Assembly (NCBI RefSeq): GCF_006345805.1
Contig: NC_043012.1
Location: 28,582,001 to 28,646,000, forward strand
Length of the DNA stretch: 64,000 nt
Source of the DNA: Octopus sinensis
Taxonomy: Eukaryota
Reading direction: 5' to 3'
The translations under genes and the position numbers were made by a program. Under the pieces are notes generated by a model. It made no database searches. It was not told the origin of the DNA and saw only the letters and a program-made list of their open reading frames with translations. The stretch's first letter is position 1; the number at the start of each line of letters is the position of its first letter. Of the stretch, positions 37,037 to 50,435 are shown one piece after another.

Positions 37037-38789
37037 AAAACATTTTCCCCTAACTATTTCCAAGAAATTCATGATTTGTAAACTTCCAAAATTCATTTAA
37101 CTGATAAACCATTGAATATCACACCTTTAGGAAAAATTTAAAAGTTCTAAAGGTTTAACTTCTCAGGAAAAATAAGCAAAGAAGTGTTTTGTTAAATAAC
37201 AACGAAGAGCTCATCTTTTATATTTTTTGTCTACTGTCTGTTTACCTTTCGTTTTCTTTAATTTTTTTCTTGATGACGTAAAGTTTGGTATGGTTGCCTT
37301 CCGCATTTAGAGCAAAAATTTAAAGCAAGTTATAAACGCACACCCTTCACATATCACGCTAACTCTTTCGTTAGCAACATATAACAATTCTTAACAGTTC
37401 AAGAGCCAAATTTTTATTGATTATAAATTAAATACAGAATATTTTCCTAAACTTATTTAAAAAGTTGAACACGGAGCTAAATTATATTACCGCTGCCATC
37501 TTCCTTGCTATACCATCAGCAAAGATTAGTAGATAAAAGTATATGACTTTTCCATAGCTCCCGGAAGGGAAATGGATTTGTAAGGATGCTACCGATATAT
37601 CTTCAATTTGTTTCTTTAACTTCTTTTACTGCAAGAAAATATTTGTTGTAGGTAAAGCTGAAATATTTGTTCAGACATAAGTAAAAACAAGAGTAGCAGT
37701 GATGTTATGAAAGTATATTCTTATTTGAGACTTTGAAGTAGATTTTCGCTGCAGTATAGAGACGCAAGTGGACGGATTGGCACGCCAACAAGAATACCTC
37801 ACTTTTATTTGTTTTGACTCTCTGTGATCTAAGGTCAAATACAACCGCAGATGCTTTGCGATATTGGTTCCCGATCATTGCGCTCCGAGTCAAATTCCGC
37901 ATAGGTGCCTAAAAAGCTTTCGGATCAGTATAGCAAGGCAAATGCTTGAAACAAATACTTGTACCAAGTAAATGTTGCTGGGCGAAGTCGAGAAAGGGGG
38001 CCAGCTAGATTGACATGTACCTTGGTAAATGGATGAACATAGACATTACCAATATATTTCTGCTCCGAATATATTATTTCTTCAATTTGAAGATATTCTT
38101 AACTGCTTTATTGTCTGACTTTGATTTCCCACTAGTCTAAACTGATTATACTTCCCTTCAGCTACCTATTAACTTTATATTCTTTGTTAGGCTGTATCTT
38201 CATCTTGTTTCTCCTCTTAACCCCCCCTCTCACTCTTTCCCTCCGCTTCTTCCAATCCCTATTCCTTCCTCTTCTCTTAAAACTTTTATATTTGTAGACA
38301 CAACAAGACAACATGTTTTTGCTACTCTACTCTTCAAAAGGGAGGCCTAACTTCAGTAATTTCATCTAGACACCTATGGCTCACTTATGGCATCATGGAC
38401 ATATTGCCTATGAATATGGTTATTATGTAAGTTTGCCCTCTTGAAACAGCTGTCGTAATAAGAAAATACATGTTTTCTATATGTATATTTTTCTTTATTC
38501 TATAATCTGTATCTTGGGCTCCATGTAAATATATGTCTCAAGCCTAACTGCTTTCATCTATATTACCTCTTTCATAAGAGCTATATTTTGATTGCTCTTA
38601 TAACTAGTTTCGATGCTATGGATTTGCCCTAGATTTTGGAACTGGAATTTAAGTTCGCATTCATTTGGGCGCCACACTGTTTTGTGTACCGAGCTTACTT
38701 GGACCTCACCCCCCTCTATCTCTCTTTTTCTCTATATATACATGTGTGTGTACATACATGCTGCGAGAGAGTGAGAAGGAGAGAGAAAG

Positions 38790-38820
<31 letters not shown>

Positions 38821-38899
38821 CAGGAAGTCTGGAAAAATCTGGAAGGTGACAATTTTGTGCAGATGTAGATAGGGACACTCAAGAATATTCTTAACTTAT

Positions 38900-39260
38900 A
38901 TATGTTCTGCAGTCGCTTCTGTCGAATCGATTGCATGTGGCGATATGCAATTGTTTAAGGTAGGGGGAAGCGTTTTGTCTAAATTATTTTTGATCTTTCC
39001 TATTGTAGATTCTGGTTTGTTATCAGTGTTTAGAAAAGACCGATTAGCACCCCGAGGTTTGGAATAATAATTGTTATTTGTTTGCAAAGAAAGATGCTTG
39101 TTTTGCCGTATAATAAGTTTGAATGAACTTGTACCAGTATATTTTTATCCGTTTCTTATAGGCGATAGAAGGGCCATCTCGGGCTTTTTCATAGCACCTC
39201 AGTAGGTCTTGATTTAAATGTAAAGACAGACCAAGTGAAAGGAGAAGAGTATTTATGTCA
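38900..39260 (-). mobile_element. Probable R4/Dong-type N-terminal fragment
   Basis: LNQDLLRCYEKARDGPSIAYKKRIKIYW resembles the N-terminal region of RLE elements (from memory). Confidence 0.4.
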
Positions 39261-39646
39261 TTTTATATAGCTTGCATGCATCGTAGCACTGCTTGTATTG
39301 GTATCAATGTTGGTGTCATAATTATCAACATCAGTCATAATCCTACTGGCAAAATTATACATGGTGTAAGATATATTTTGTAATCCGGTCTTAATAAGGC
39401 TAGGTTGGTAAATAAGTGTTTTACTGATACATGCCTAAAGAAATAAACCAGTTGCTAATTTAAGCTGGTGGGGTCTGCATAATTGTGGAAGAAAACGTTC
39501 AAAACGGCATTGTAAACGGTGCTCTGTACCTGAACGTCTGATGTTGACTGCACCATATTTCATGTATGTATGTATGTATGTATGTATGTATGTATGTATG
39601 TATGTATGTATGTATGTATGTATGTATGTATGTATGTATGTATGTA

Positions 39647-39694
<48 letters not shown>

Positions 39695-41924
39695 TGTTAT
39701 AATTCTCACAGAGGATTATAAAATATCTGTTTGGTATACCTACATTGGATTTTCCAAGTGCTCCTATGATAGTGCTGCAGAAGTAATCGTTTAGATTTTA
39801 TTGATCCCGTTAATTATTATTATAGATATGTACATATATGAATGTGCATATGTATGTGGATATGTTCCCACACATATATGTTTTTTGTTATCTCTTCGAA
39901 CATAATTACTGCAGGTCATTAATCTAAATTACTCATTGAAAGTATGATTTACATTTAAGGAACAACAGAAAATAAAATAGAAATACTAAAATTTTTTTTA
40001 AATAGTTATGATTTTACCGCGTACTTAAAAGGTGTCATGCTATTGTTTTAATATTTCACTAATTAATATGTTTCATTAATTTTATTCTACTAGAACAGGG
40101 TTTTAACTAACATATCAAAGTTAATTGTTTTAAAGCCCACAAATTTCTTATATTACGCGTTTCTTCAACATTTTTTTTAATGAATGACTCAAACCAAATA
40201 TTTGTGCAAACTCTAGATGTTTTTTTATCTACTGTTCATCATCATTTGTCGAGCTTTCAGATATATAAAACTACTGAACTAATAATAATAGTCACTACCC
40301 GCAACCAACCAATAGTTTTACTAAACAGTAGTAAACCCATGGATCAATGATAGACTAATAGTTACTTACTAAGACTTACATTATAGATTACCTAAATTAA
40401 CCACTAGACTAACGTTGGTGAATGGTGCCTGCTTAGGGCAATTAAATAAAGAGATCTAAAGTTGCAGAGGAGACATTTTTATAGGTTACTCGGTTCAATT
40501 AACATATTAAAATACTGACTAACCTGCAGTTAATTGATACCTATAACTGCTCTGGGATTAAAAAAAATCTCCTTGATGTATGAAAGAACGTTAACGAAAT
40601 ATGAACAATTGAATGAAAGAATTAGGATGAATGAGATCTGATAATGGGAGGCGACGGGAGGTGATGCTAAGATGATAGCTTCTGCATCTCCAACACTAAT
40701 GACCTTTGGCAATGACATTTTCGGGACACAAGCAAGCTAGGAGATCAAAGTAGGCGGAATCGTTATGCCGAACGGGTGACTAGGTGACAGTTAGGTGCTA
40801 ATCAAATAGGATGTAATAGGGAAATATTAATGATCTGTCATCGACACCATGTAATGTGTTATTGCGCTGATCAGCTTGGTCTCAGTTTCCCAGACATCTC
40901 TAGTTTGGTTGCTAACTTCAGGAATGTCGGCTTTTTCTCAAAGGATCTTTTTAAATACATTTTGGTGATAATCTTGACATTTTCAAATACCCTGTTGCCA
41001 TCAGAGGACATTTGATAAATGTTTTATATCCAAAATGCATACTGTTTCTGCTGTGCTTTAAAAGGTGAAAGTTGTTTGTCTGTGGTCTTCCCAAGTAATT
41101 TGCTGTAATTTTTTTGTTTTTTGATACACTCTCTACCATCCCCATTCCATCATAATAAAACAAAGCAAAACACATGTTATTTTTTAGCTTGTTTAACTAT
41201 TTTCATTCTACTTAATATCTCTTCTCTTATTTGTCCGTTATGTTTCTGACTCCAGCATTCCATTTTCTGCAACCAGTTGTTTTTCTAAAGAAATTAAACT
41301 CCAGAGCGAACCTTAAAAAACAATCGCATCAAATACGTTTTTCCACGCTTCAAACCATTTCTACTACTGCTTAAAACTTTTTCTTCGGTCAATGTCTACT
41401 AAACAAAACAAATGTGCTTCAATATTAACTGTCAATTATGTATATATGGTCATTTTCACATACCACCCTTCCTTTTTATATCAGATCTAATTTGATCTTT
41501 ATGATTTAAGAACAATTTCATCCTAATCCTAAACTTACGAAAAGGCATTCTTGAAATGAAACTAAATATATACACATATGACACTAACTATATTAACGTA
41601 CGCTTTATTAGTGTTATTGTGATTATATATAAAAAAAAGGATCACAGGTTTATCCCGAGCCTGGACTCTATGGCGTTTATAAAATTGGATATAAAATCAC
41701 AGTGTTTTTTCCTACCATATCTTTATGGATATACCAAACCATATCCAGCTGCACCACTTAAACCTGCTACATCACTAATGAATACTCACTTTAAAACACA
41801 CGCTCCCGCAATAACATATGCACAAACACTCACACACATATACAAAGACACATACGCATACATACAAACACACATACATACACACAGAAACACACAGACA
41901 CACAGAATATACTCGTATATTCTT

Positions 41925-42035
41925 TTTTTCTTTTTTACTTGTTTCAGTCATTTGACTGCGGCAGTGCTAGAGCACCGCCTTTTCGTCGAACAAATCGACC
42001 CCAGGACTTATTCTTTGTAAGCCTAGTACTTATAT
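41925..42035 (-). mobile_element. SINE A 3' fragment
   Basis: TTTTACTTGTTTCAGTCATTTGACTGCGG...GCCTAGTACTTAT. Confidence 0.8.
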
Positions 42036-42785
42036 TAAATATTGTTATCTGTGGAGTAGTATCTGTAGTAAAAAGGAATGAGCTGTCTTTGGCTGCTATT
42101 TCTAAATTTTCGGTATGCGGTGAAGTAACTTGTTGCTTAATCCTTAATTATATTTATATATAAAAAAACTTTTTTGTAAAAGTTTCTACCGATAATGGTT
42201 CTCTTTCCATACCGAAACTACTTGGTAAAATTTATTAATTTTAATAATTCTGTAATGAATTTTTCACTCCTGTATAACAAATTTCAGTTCTCTTTCTGCG
42301 GTACTATTTTGTAGCACACATGGTAACCTTGGAGGGAAAATACGAATTCACTCGTCTATATAAATTTGGATATGCTGAATACCTTCTGTTATTTTCCGAT
42401 GGCGCTTGATCGGGATGCAAAGGGTAGGTTCCTAGCATTTTCAAATTTATAAATTATCGAAATATTATGCTGAGGACGGAAATGAATTTGTATAATTCTA
42501 ATCCAGAAACGTGTCCAAAATTAATCGAAGACTGTTTGATTTCGTTATTTTTCTTCTTTTTGCCTATGTGAGTTCCAAATAGTGTTATCTGTAGTAAAAA
42601 GGAATGAGCTGTCTTTGGCTGCTATTTCTAAATTTTCGGTATGCGGTGAAACAACTTGTTGCTTAACCCTTAATTATATATATATATAAAAAAACTTTTT
42701 GTAAAAGTTTCTACCGATAATGGTTCTCTTTCCATACCGAAACTACTTGGTAAAATTTATTAATTATTAAATTAATAATTCTTTA
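42036..42785 (+). mobile_element. 526-bp hammerhead monomer, 1.4 tandem copies
   Basis: ATCTGTAGTAAAAAGGAATGAGC at 42061 and 42587. Shares segments with the 600-bp unit. Confidence 0.8.
42464..42521 (+). ncRNA. Type I hammerhead ribozyme
   Basis: ATTATG-CTGAGGA-CGGA..GAATT/AATTC..TCCA-GAAA-CGTG-TC^CAAAAT. Single mismatches in stems I and II. Confidence 0.65.
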
Positions 42786-42817
42786 TCCTATATCTGTAAT
42801 ATATATCCGATGGCCGA

Positions 42818-42876
42818 ATAACTGAAGAGATGGTGTCGTGGATTTCCACCTCGGCATCGGAAACTCGGAGTTTTAT
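42818..42876 (+). ncRNA. Type I hammerhead motif of a different family
   Basis: ATAA-CTGAAGA-GATG...GTGG/CCAC...CATC-G-GAAA-CTC(G)GAG-TT^TTAT. Confidence 0.55.
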
Positions 42877-43085
42877 CTTGGCTACCGAATAATTGTCACA
42901 TATTACATTTACACACACAAACACAGACACACACATACACACACACACAGACACACAGACACACACACACACAGACACACACACACACACAGACACACAC
43001 ACACACAGACACACACACACACAGACACACACACACACAGACACACACACACACAGACACACACACACACACACACACACACACA

Positions 43086-43118
<33 letters not shown>

Positions 43119-43384
43119 CATACAGAAACACAAGTAACTTGATTTATATATATGAACATCAGTATGAGGATTTGCTAAACCTTTTACTAATAGCTGTTGA
43201 CTAGCAGTATGTCCGGAGACACTTATCTATTGGTGAAATCAATTTTGGAGATGCTTTGCCCCACGCTAGAACTGCAGGGCCTATTGGGAGGTATTACAAG
43301 CTATTAATCTGAATCCAGACAATGTCAGAATCCCTTTCGTATCTTTTCTACTCTAGGCACAAAGCCCGTAATATTTTTTTTTTG

Positions 43385-43505
43385 GGGGGGGGGCAGTCGA
43401 TTAAACCGATTCAGGTACACAACTGGTACTTAATTTATCGACCCCGAAAAGATGAAAGACAAAGTCGATCTCGGCAGAATTTGAACTCAGGACGTAAAGA
43501 TAGGG
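43385..43505 (-). mobile_element. SINE B fragment
   Basis: Reverse complement of GAGTTCAAATTCTGCCGAG...GGGGTCGATAAATTAAGTACCAG. Confidence 0.75.
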
Positions 43506-43523
43506 CAGCAACGATTGAATTAG

Positions 43524-43990
43524 TCTAAGCCTGTGGAAGTGTTCCAACTGCGGTCTCTTGTGAACCACAGCGACTTTGAAATAGTTTCAGCTTCCATAAC
43601 TTTCTTCTTGGTGGCTTTTTTCAGTTACACCCGTTCTGACTGGGAAGTTGTAGCTGTAGATTTCAACAGGAAATGAGTCCCCTGCAATGCTTGTCAACAA
43701 AGTCCTGATATTTGGTTTGTTTAGCTAATGAGAAATATAGAATCTTTCTTTCCAGCGCGCTACAAGATCAAACACAACGGTAGCTTTTGCACTCCTAGAG
43801 AGCATGATCATATCTGGATGGAGGGATGTTACCACAAACTCCTCCGGAAGGCTAGTCTGCCATTCAGATATAACCACTGTCCTCAGCTTGAGGCTTCCTG
43901 CCTCCGTCTGAGACCAGCAAATGAGAAAACGGATCCCCTACAGTTGTTTTCGTTAGAGGAGCCTAGTTACATACACCGCCGATAGTTGTT
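43524..43990 (-). mobile_element. HERO/NeSL-like RLE 3' fragment
   Basis: WQTSLPEEFVVTSLHPDMIMLSRSAK...KYQDFV...PVE...AETISKSLW. Confidence 0.6.
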
Positions 43991-44159
43991 GCAGACAAAC
44001 AACGGCAGTAATTTTATCCAGCTGAATACACGTCATTGATTGGTTGAAATTACCGAAATACAAGAACTTTAATGTGAAATAACTTCGTAAATATAAGCTT
44101 TTCTCAAAAATGCTAAGAGTAAAACATTCTACCAGTGTCCGAAGTTTGAAAGCGTTTAG

Positions 44160-44460
44160 TTACAAAAAATAGTACCGCAGAAAGAGAACTGCAATTTGTT
44201 ATACAGGAGTGAAAAATTCATTACAGAATTATTAATTTAATAATTAATAAATTTTACCAAGTAGTTTCGGTATGGAAAGAGAACCATTATCGGTAGAAAC
44301 TTTTACAAAAAAGTTTTTTTTATATATAAATATAATTAAGGGTTAAGCAACAAGTTGCTTCACCGCATACCGAAAATTTAGAAATAGCAGCCAAAGACAG
44401 CTCATTCCTTTTTACTACAGATACTACTCCACAGATAACACTATTTAATATAAGTACTAT
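44160..44460 (-). repeat. Inverted copy of 42026-42320 (526-bp family)
   Basis: Near-identical reverse complement, including 13 bp external to the monomer. (TA)n on the right. Confidence 0.85.
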
Positions 44461-44549
44461 ATATATATATATATATATACACACATGTATGAAACAATGT
44501 ATGAAAGAATTGCTTAGGTGGTGGGTTTCACAGGTTGGGTCAGCTATCT

Positions 44550-44588
<39 letters not shown>

Positions 44589-44689
44589 AATTATAAAAAC
44601 ACAACCAATAGAACTATTTAAGTAACTGAAATATCACATGTTTCTTTCGCAATTTAAGTAATCACATATATACCGGGAATTTTCTTTAA

Positions 44690-45290
44690 TACAATGGACA
44701 AACATTCTTTCCTCTTGTAGATATAGTAATGTATTCAATAGACACATCGTAAAATTTGCTTATTTCTCTACGCCTAATTTAGCTATAGTGGTTATTGAAA
44801 ATAAGAAACTGAACACTATTAAGAATATTGAGTGTACGTTTATTCAATAAGGTTGTGTAGATCAACTTTGGCTTGTTACAATTAATATACACCTATCTGT
44901 TACAAAATCGGAGATTCTAATTATATGGTATCCGCTCTTGGCAATGACATTAATAATAGAGTTAATATAACCTGTTATGATAATGCGCACAATAGAAAGA
45001 GCAACTGTAGGAAACGTGGTAAATACCCTTCAAAAACAATGTTTAATGAATAATTTAATACATAACTGCTCTGTCAAAATACCTGGGAATATCCAATAAT
45101 ACATAGGGGCTATTGCGTCAAAAGTGAAATTCAGATTACATGGCCATGTTCCTTCATTTAAATGCGTAAGAAAGAAAACTGAACTTCACTCGCTAAAGTT
45201 CATTTGGAATCTTAAGAGGAGGAATGTAGACTACTCTATTTTATGGTCTATTTTAAATAATGTTCTTCCAGACCAAATTTAATCAATGAG
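44690..45290 (+). mobile_element. Decayed Nematis-like PLE fragment (linker plus GIY-YIG)
   Basis: RYSNVFNRHIVKFAY..TPNL; NCRKRGKYP...CLMNNLI; YIGAIASKVKFRLHGH...FIWNLK...WSIL. Confidence 0.65.
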
Positions 45291-46154
45291 GTTAATGAGT
45301 TATTACTCCGTGTTTCACACTTTATAGAATTTTCTAAAAGTTATCACATACAAATCCTAGTTAAACTACTTACCTTGGTTGAAGTAAGAATGATACTTGG
45401 TCTCTTCTTATGGATTTTTCTTCCACCTCCCTTAATAATTTCTTATGTAGCATACTAAGTACTCATTCCTTAAGTAATAATTTATCTAAACTTTTACACT
45501 TAATTTAATTCTAGTATGCTCTAGTAAACTTAATATCTAGAAGTGATTATAGAGGTGGGCGATAATTTATGCACATTCATTAGTACGAACACGCCTCCAC
45601 CCTTTCTTCGTGTAGTTACTTGCAAATCTCTTCTTTATTAATTTATCTGCATACTGCGCTTCCATTACTACTGTTTTTATAATTACAGTAGTAAATACTT
45701 AGTAGTGAATTTCGTTTTACTCTGTTCACTGTCCTAATATTTAAATTTGATGAAGTCTTGATCTATCAGAGTCTGTTGTATTGGCAACTTCATATTAAAT
45801 CAAACAATGTAATTTGACATGTCTTTCATCTACAATCTCCATCTACTGATTTCACTTCATACGTCTATAATTCTGATAATATGCAACTTCATTTCCACCA
45901 CAACATATATTGGAAGTTCTAAAAAATCTACCATAATAACTTTGATGAAAAACGTGGGGGTGGGGATGGTAAATCGTTTCATAAGGTAATTATTGTATGT
46001 ATTTACGCAAATTTATAAGTACAAATCAATGTGTATGGTGAGGAACTAGTTACTCTAGCGATTCGAAATGGCTGTAACCTTGAATAAAATTATGCAACAA
46101 AACCGTCTTCATTTTTCCGTATATATATGTTTTTTTTTATCCTTACATTGGATG

Positions 46155-48330
46155 TATAATATAACGAAGCAGGGGCGAAAAAAGTATATACACGACACAC
46201 TACTATTACTATTGCACGAGACTTGACGCTCTATATCAAAGGCTCAATGTCTTACCAGCCCGAACTGCCAATCGCTCACAGTTTTAATTTATATCAATGA
46301 GTCAGTCCACCTTTAGTCACTTGAGGTGGGAGGGGCTCGGAATTCTTCCACAAAATCTTCCCTTTTTGGAATCAGTCTCCTCTTTTGAGAATTGAACTCC
46401 GCTCCGAGTTTAAATATCTCTTACGCTTATGGCTCAATTCCAGTGTTTCCATTCTTTTCCGTTTTCTGGTGATAGTTCCAAATTGCTTGGGTCTTGGTAC
46501 CTCAAACGTGTCGTACAACACTTCATAGAGATTTCATTTCTCGCGACAAATTTTTCCATGAATCTTTTCTTTAGCTGGTTAATATGTCTTTTGTATTGGA
46601 CATTTCCCCCTTTACCAGGAATATCATTCTTCCAATTTGTTTAATTATTTCACCGTCCTCCAAACTTTCTTTACCATCTCGATAGGTTTTTAAAAACAAT
46701 TTATCACCTAACTTGAAGAATTTTGAAATATTTTTGTTGTTAGCCTTTTTATATTTTCATTCGGTATCGACATATCAAAGACGGATCTGACATTTGTAGC
46801 AAAGATCAATTCTGCGGGTGACATTCCCAACAATGTATTCGGATTAGGTGTTCCTCGGTACACTCTTAGAAATTGTTGAAGTGCAAAATCGTCCATCACT
46901 TCATTGTTGCTTTTTTCAACGCCCTCTTGAAAGTGTCAATAAAACGATCCGCTTGACCATTTGACATAGGATGATAGGGCGGAGTGGCGGCATGTTCGAT
47001 GACGAAAATTTCGCAAAATTTGCTGAACTCTTCTGACATGAACTGAGTTCCATTATCCGACACAATGGTATCCAGAATACCATACCTGGCGAACAATTCG
47101 TGTAAAATGCTTAATGTAACCGCAAATGTTACATTTATACACTTCCGATCACTTTGAAAAACTATCCACCACAACAGGTAATACGAACCCTTAAGTGGAC
47201 CTGCGTAATCAATATACAATCTGGTCCATGGAATATCTGTTTTTGGCCACCGTTGCCATTTAGTAGCAGGTGATTTTGCAGCTAGGCCACAACCTTTGCA
47301 TGATTTCAAAGCTTCTTCAATGTCACGGTTCATTGTTGGCCAATATCCGTAACTTCTCATTAATGATTTTATTCTCAAAATCTTTGGGTGACTAATATGA
47401 AATTCCTTTAATAATCGCTTTTGTAGTGTGGTTGGCACTACGACTCTTTGTGCATACATTAACACATTGTCACACAGTGAGAAATGGTTCGCATTTGTGT
47501 TACGCATAGTTTTATCTCTTTTAGCCTCAGTATTTCTTTCGTTTTTATAATGAATTTGCCGTTTTCCGATTTTACTTTTATGTCTTGTAAAGTGGTAGTT
47601 CACGAATAACGTTACACACAACATTTTTTATTTCCTTTTCCGCTCGCCAAGTGGCAATCACGGTATCTTCAAATTGTTCCGCACTTTTCGAAATCAGTCT
47701 TGATAGACAATCCACATGACCTAGTTTCTTGGATGGTATATACTCCATTTTGAAATCATAGTTTAATAATGTCGTACCCCAGTGGTTCGTTTGTATTTTT
47801 TGTTTACGTGATCTTTTTGTATTTTTTGTTTACGTGATCTTTTCTGTTGAACAATTTTTTTAGGTTCTGTCATACAATGCGACTTTTTATGATCTATTTT
47901 ACCACACTTATAGTATTTTATATTTTTAAACGGACAGTTATTTTTAAAATGTAGACCACCGTACAACATGGATTCGATCTTGATATTTTTTTGTCTATTT
48001 TCTTATTCGTTACTAGTCGACACGCTTGAATCTTAGAATAATCTTTCTCTTCAATTTCATTTGCGTCATATAGTAGACTAATAATCCGCTGACATTATTC
48101 TGTTAAATTTTGGTCCTGTTCTAATCTTTTTAATGTCAGGGAACATATATCTGCATGTTTGCTTGCAGTAAGCCCTTGAACAAAAATTAAAAACTTGAAC
48201 ATGTCCGGGGTCAACTCATTCAATTTGAATTTCTCACACTCTCTGTTAACCACTCCGGCATAGGTGGAGAAATTTTCATCAGCTTTTTTGACCAAAGGGA
48301 ACCTCTTTCACTGTCCGCGCAACCGATGTC
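46155..48330 (-). mobile_element. Gypsy-like LTR retrotransposon remnant (gag knuckles, integrase; PR/RT/RH deleted)
   Basis: LLKEFHISHP...WPTMNRDIE...CKGC; LYIDYAGP; VSDNGTQF; PPYHPMSNGQADR; gag RECEKFKL and CCHC-like knuckles. LTR limits uncertain. Confidence 0.85.
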
Positions 48331-48364
48331 ATCTAAGAGAAAGGCAAAGGCTTGAGACCGGTGA

Positions 48365-48517
48365 CGTCACAACTCATTTCTACAGGCGAGTAAACTGGAG
48401 CAACGTGAAATAAAGTGTCTTGCTCAAGAACAAAACACACAGTCTGGTAAGGGTGTCGAACTCACTCCCTCAAGATTGAGAGCACGACGCTCTAACCACT
48501 GAGCTATATGCCTTCAC
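48365..48517 (-). mobile_element. tRNA-derived SINE family C
   Basis: TAGCTCAGTGGTTAGAGC...GAGTTCGACACC...TTGAGCAAGACACTTTATTTCACG. Confidence 0.7.
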
Positions 48518-48544
48518 ACATACGCACACACGCACGCACACTGA

Positions 48545-48945
48545 TATTTGGCTGTGTGGTAAGAAGCTTGCTTCCTAACCACATGGTTCCGGGTTCAGTC
48601 TCACTGCGTGGAACCTTGCGCAAATACCTTCACCTTGGGCCGACAAAAGCCTTGTGAATGGATTTGATAGACGGAAACGGAAAGAAGCCAGTCGTGGTTT
48701 AGTGGTTGAGATATTGGCTCACCATCGTAAAGTCATGAGTTCAATTCCCGGAGACACGTTGTGTCCTTCAGCAAAAAACTTTATTTTCACGTTACTCTAG
48801 TCCGCTCAGCTGGCAAAACTGAGTAGTATCTGTATTTCAAAGGGCCAGCCTTGTCCCACTCTGTGTCGCACCGAATCTCCCTGAGAAGTACGTTAAGGTT
48901 ACACGTGTCTGTTGAGTGTTCAGCAACTTGCACGTTAATTTCACG
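48545..48945 (+). mobile_element. SINE A 5' part joined to a SINE C/D-type element
   Basis: SINE A head to GAAGCC, then GTGGTTTAGTGGTT...GAGTTCAATTCCCG...GTGTCCTTCAGCAA. Confidence 0.65.
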
Positions 48946-49270
48946 AGCAGGAGTGGCTGTGTGGTAAGTAGCTTGCTCACCAACCACATGGTTCCTGGTT
49001 CAGTCCCACTGTATGGCACCTTGGGCAAGTGACTTCTACTATAGCTTTGGGCCGACCGAAGCCTTATGAGGGGATTTGGTAGACGGAAACTGAAAGAAGC
49101 CCGTCGTATATATGTATATATATATATATATGTATACATGTATGTATAAGGGAGCGATCGAATAAGTAATAGGCTGACAAAGAATAAGTCCTGGGGTCGA
49201 TTTGTTCGACTAAAGGCGGTGCTCCAGCATGGCCGCAGTCAAATGACGGAAACAAGTAAAAGAATAAAAG
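48945..49270 (+). mobile_element. SINE A with ~90-bp internal deletion
   Basis: Compared with its inverted twin at 52405-52831. Confidence 0.85.
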
Positions 49271-49332
49271 AGCAAACTGTTCTGTTAATCGTATCAGCTG
49301 GGAACCTCGTCGTGGTAACCGATGGAGTGCTC

Positions 49333-49377
<45 letters not shown>

Positions 49378-49497
49378 TTATGTATGTATATATATATATG
49401 CATGTATATATATTAACCTTTAAAGGTATTTTAATATGCTGCCACTTTTTGATGAAATTTTTTTCTGTAAAAAACTTCATCCTATATATTAGTAGTA

Positions 49498-49540
<43 letters not shown>

Positions 49541-49729
49541 ATACTAAGCAATAAGGGTTTAGCAACGAGTTGCCTTACCACATACCGAATTTAGAAATAG
49601 CAGTCAAAGGGTTATAGCTATTTCTTCTACTAAAAAGGGAGATCTCAGTAAAAACAGCATTTGGAAGGCAGACACAAACAGGTAAGAGAGAATGAATTGA
49701 CTGCAATCTATCATACATTTTTTTAGTTA

Positions 49730-49836
49730 TCCACGGACGTACGTTTCGAAATCAAGTTTTTAGGGAAGCATAAGAATTAAATATTAAATATTAAATAATT
49801 CTATCTTACCGAAACTTCTTTTCTCTTCAGCGTAGA
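49730..49836 (-). ncRNA. Type I hammerhead ribozyme (600-bp unit)
   Basis: Reverse complement of 51139-51246. Confidence 0.85.
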
Positions 49837-50328
49837 ATACTATAATCATAAATGATTATATATTGAATTTTGAGATACCAGAAGGCACCAACTCAACTCA
49901 GTATCAGAGCGAGCTAGAATCCTCAACTGGTATCACCGAATTCAATTTGTGAATGAAACGATTGTGTCAACAGCCCCTTCCCACCCGCGTGTAGCCAAAA
50001 CAAGATGCTGTGGTCATCTACTGAGATAAAATATGGTTATCCGTAATAATGAAGGGTGAAATTAATTAATTTGGAAAAATTATCAATTACACCAAGTAGT
50101 CTTCGGCATGTAAAAGCCTCATTCGAGGAAAATTTAAGTAATACTAAGCAATAAGGGTTTAGCAACGAGTTGCCTTACCACATACCGAATTTAGAAATAG
50201 CAGTCAAAGGTTATAGCTATTTCTTCTACTAAAAAGGGAGATCTCAGTAAAAACAGCATTTGGAAGGCAGACACAAACAGGTAAGAGAGAATGAATTGAC
50301 TGCAATCTATCATACATTTTTTTAGTTA

Positions 50329-50435
50329 TCCACGGACGTACGTTTCGAAATCAAGTTTTTAGGGAAGCATAAGAATTAAATATTAAATATTAAATAATTC
50401 TATCTTACCGAAACTTCTTTTCTCTTCAGCGTAGA
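50329..50435 (-). ncRNA. Type I hammerhead ribozyme (600-bp unit)
   Basis: Reverse complement of 51139-51246. Confidence 0.85.

Noticed and set aside
37280-38100. Possible piggyBac (plus) or retroviral integrase (minus, KVHVNLAGPF) relic
   Set aside because: Conflicting weak motifs on both strands; not supportable by eye.
45300-45920. Minus-strand RRKGGGVFVL, an APE-like motif
   Set aside because: Single short motif among many stops; left unannotated.
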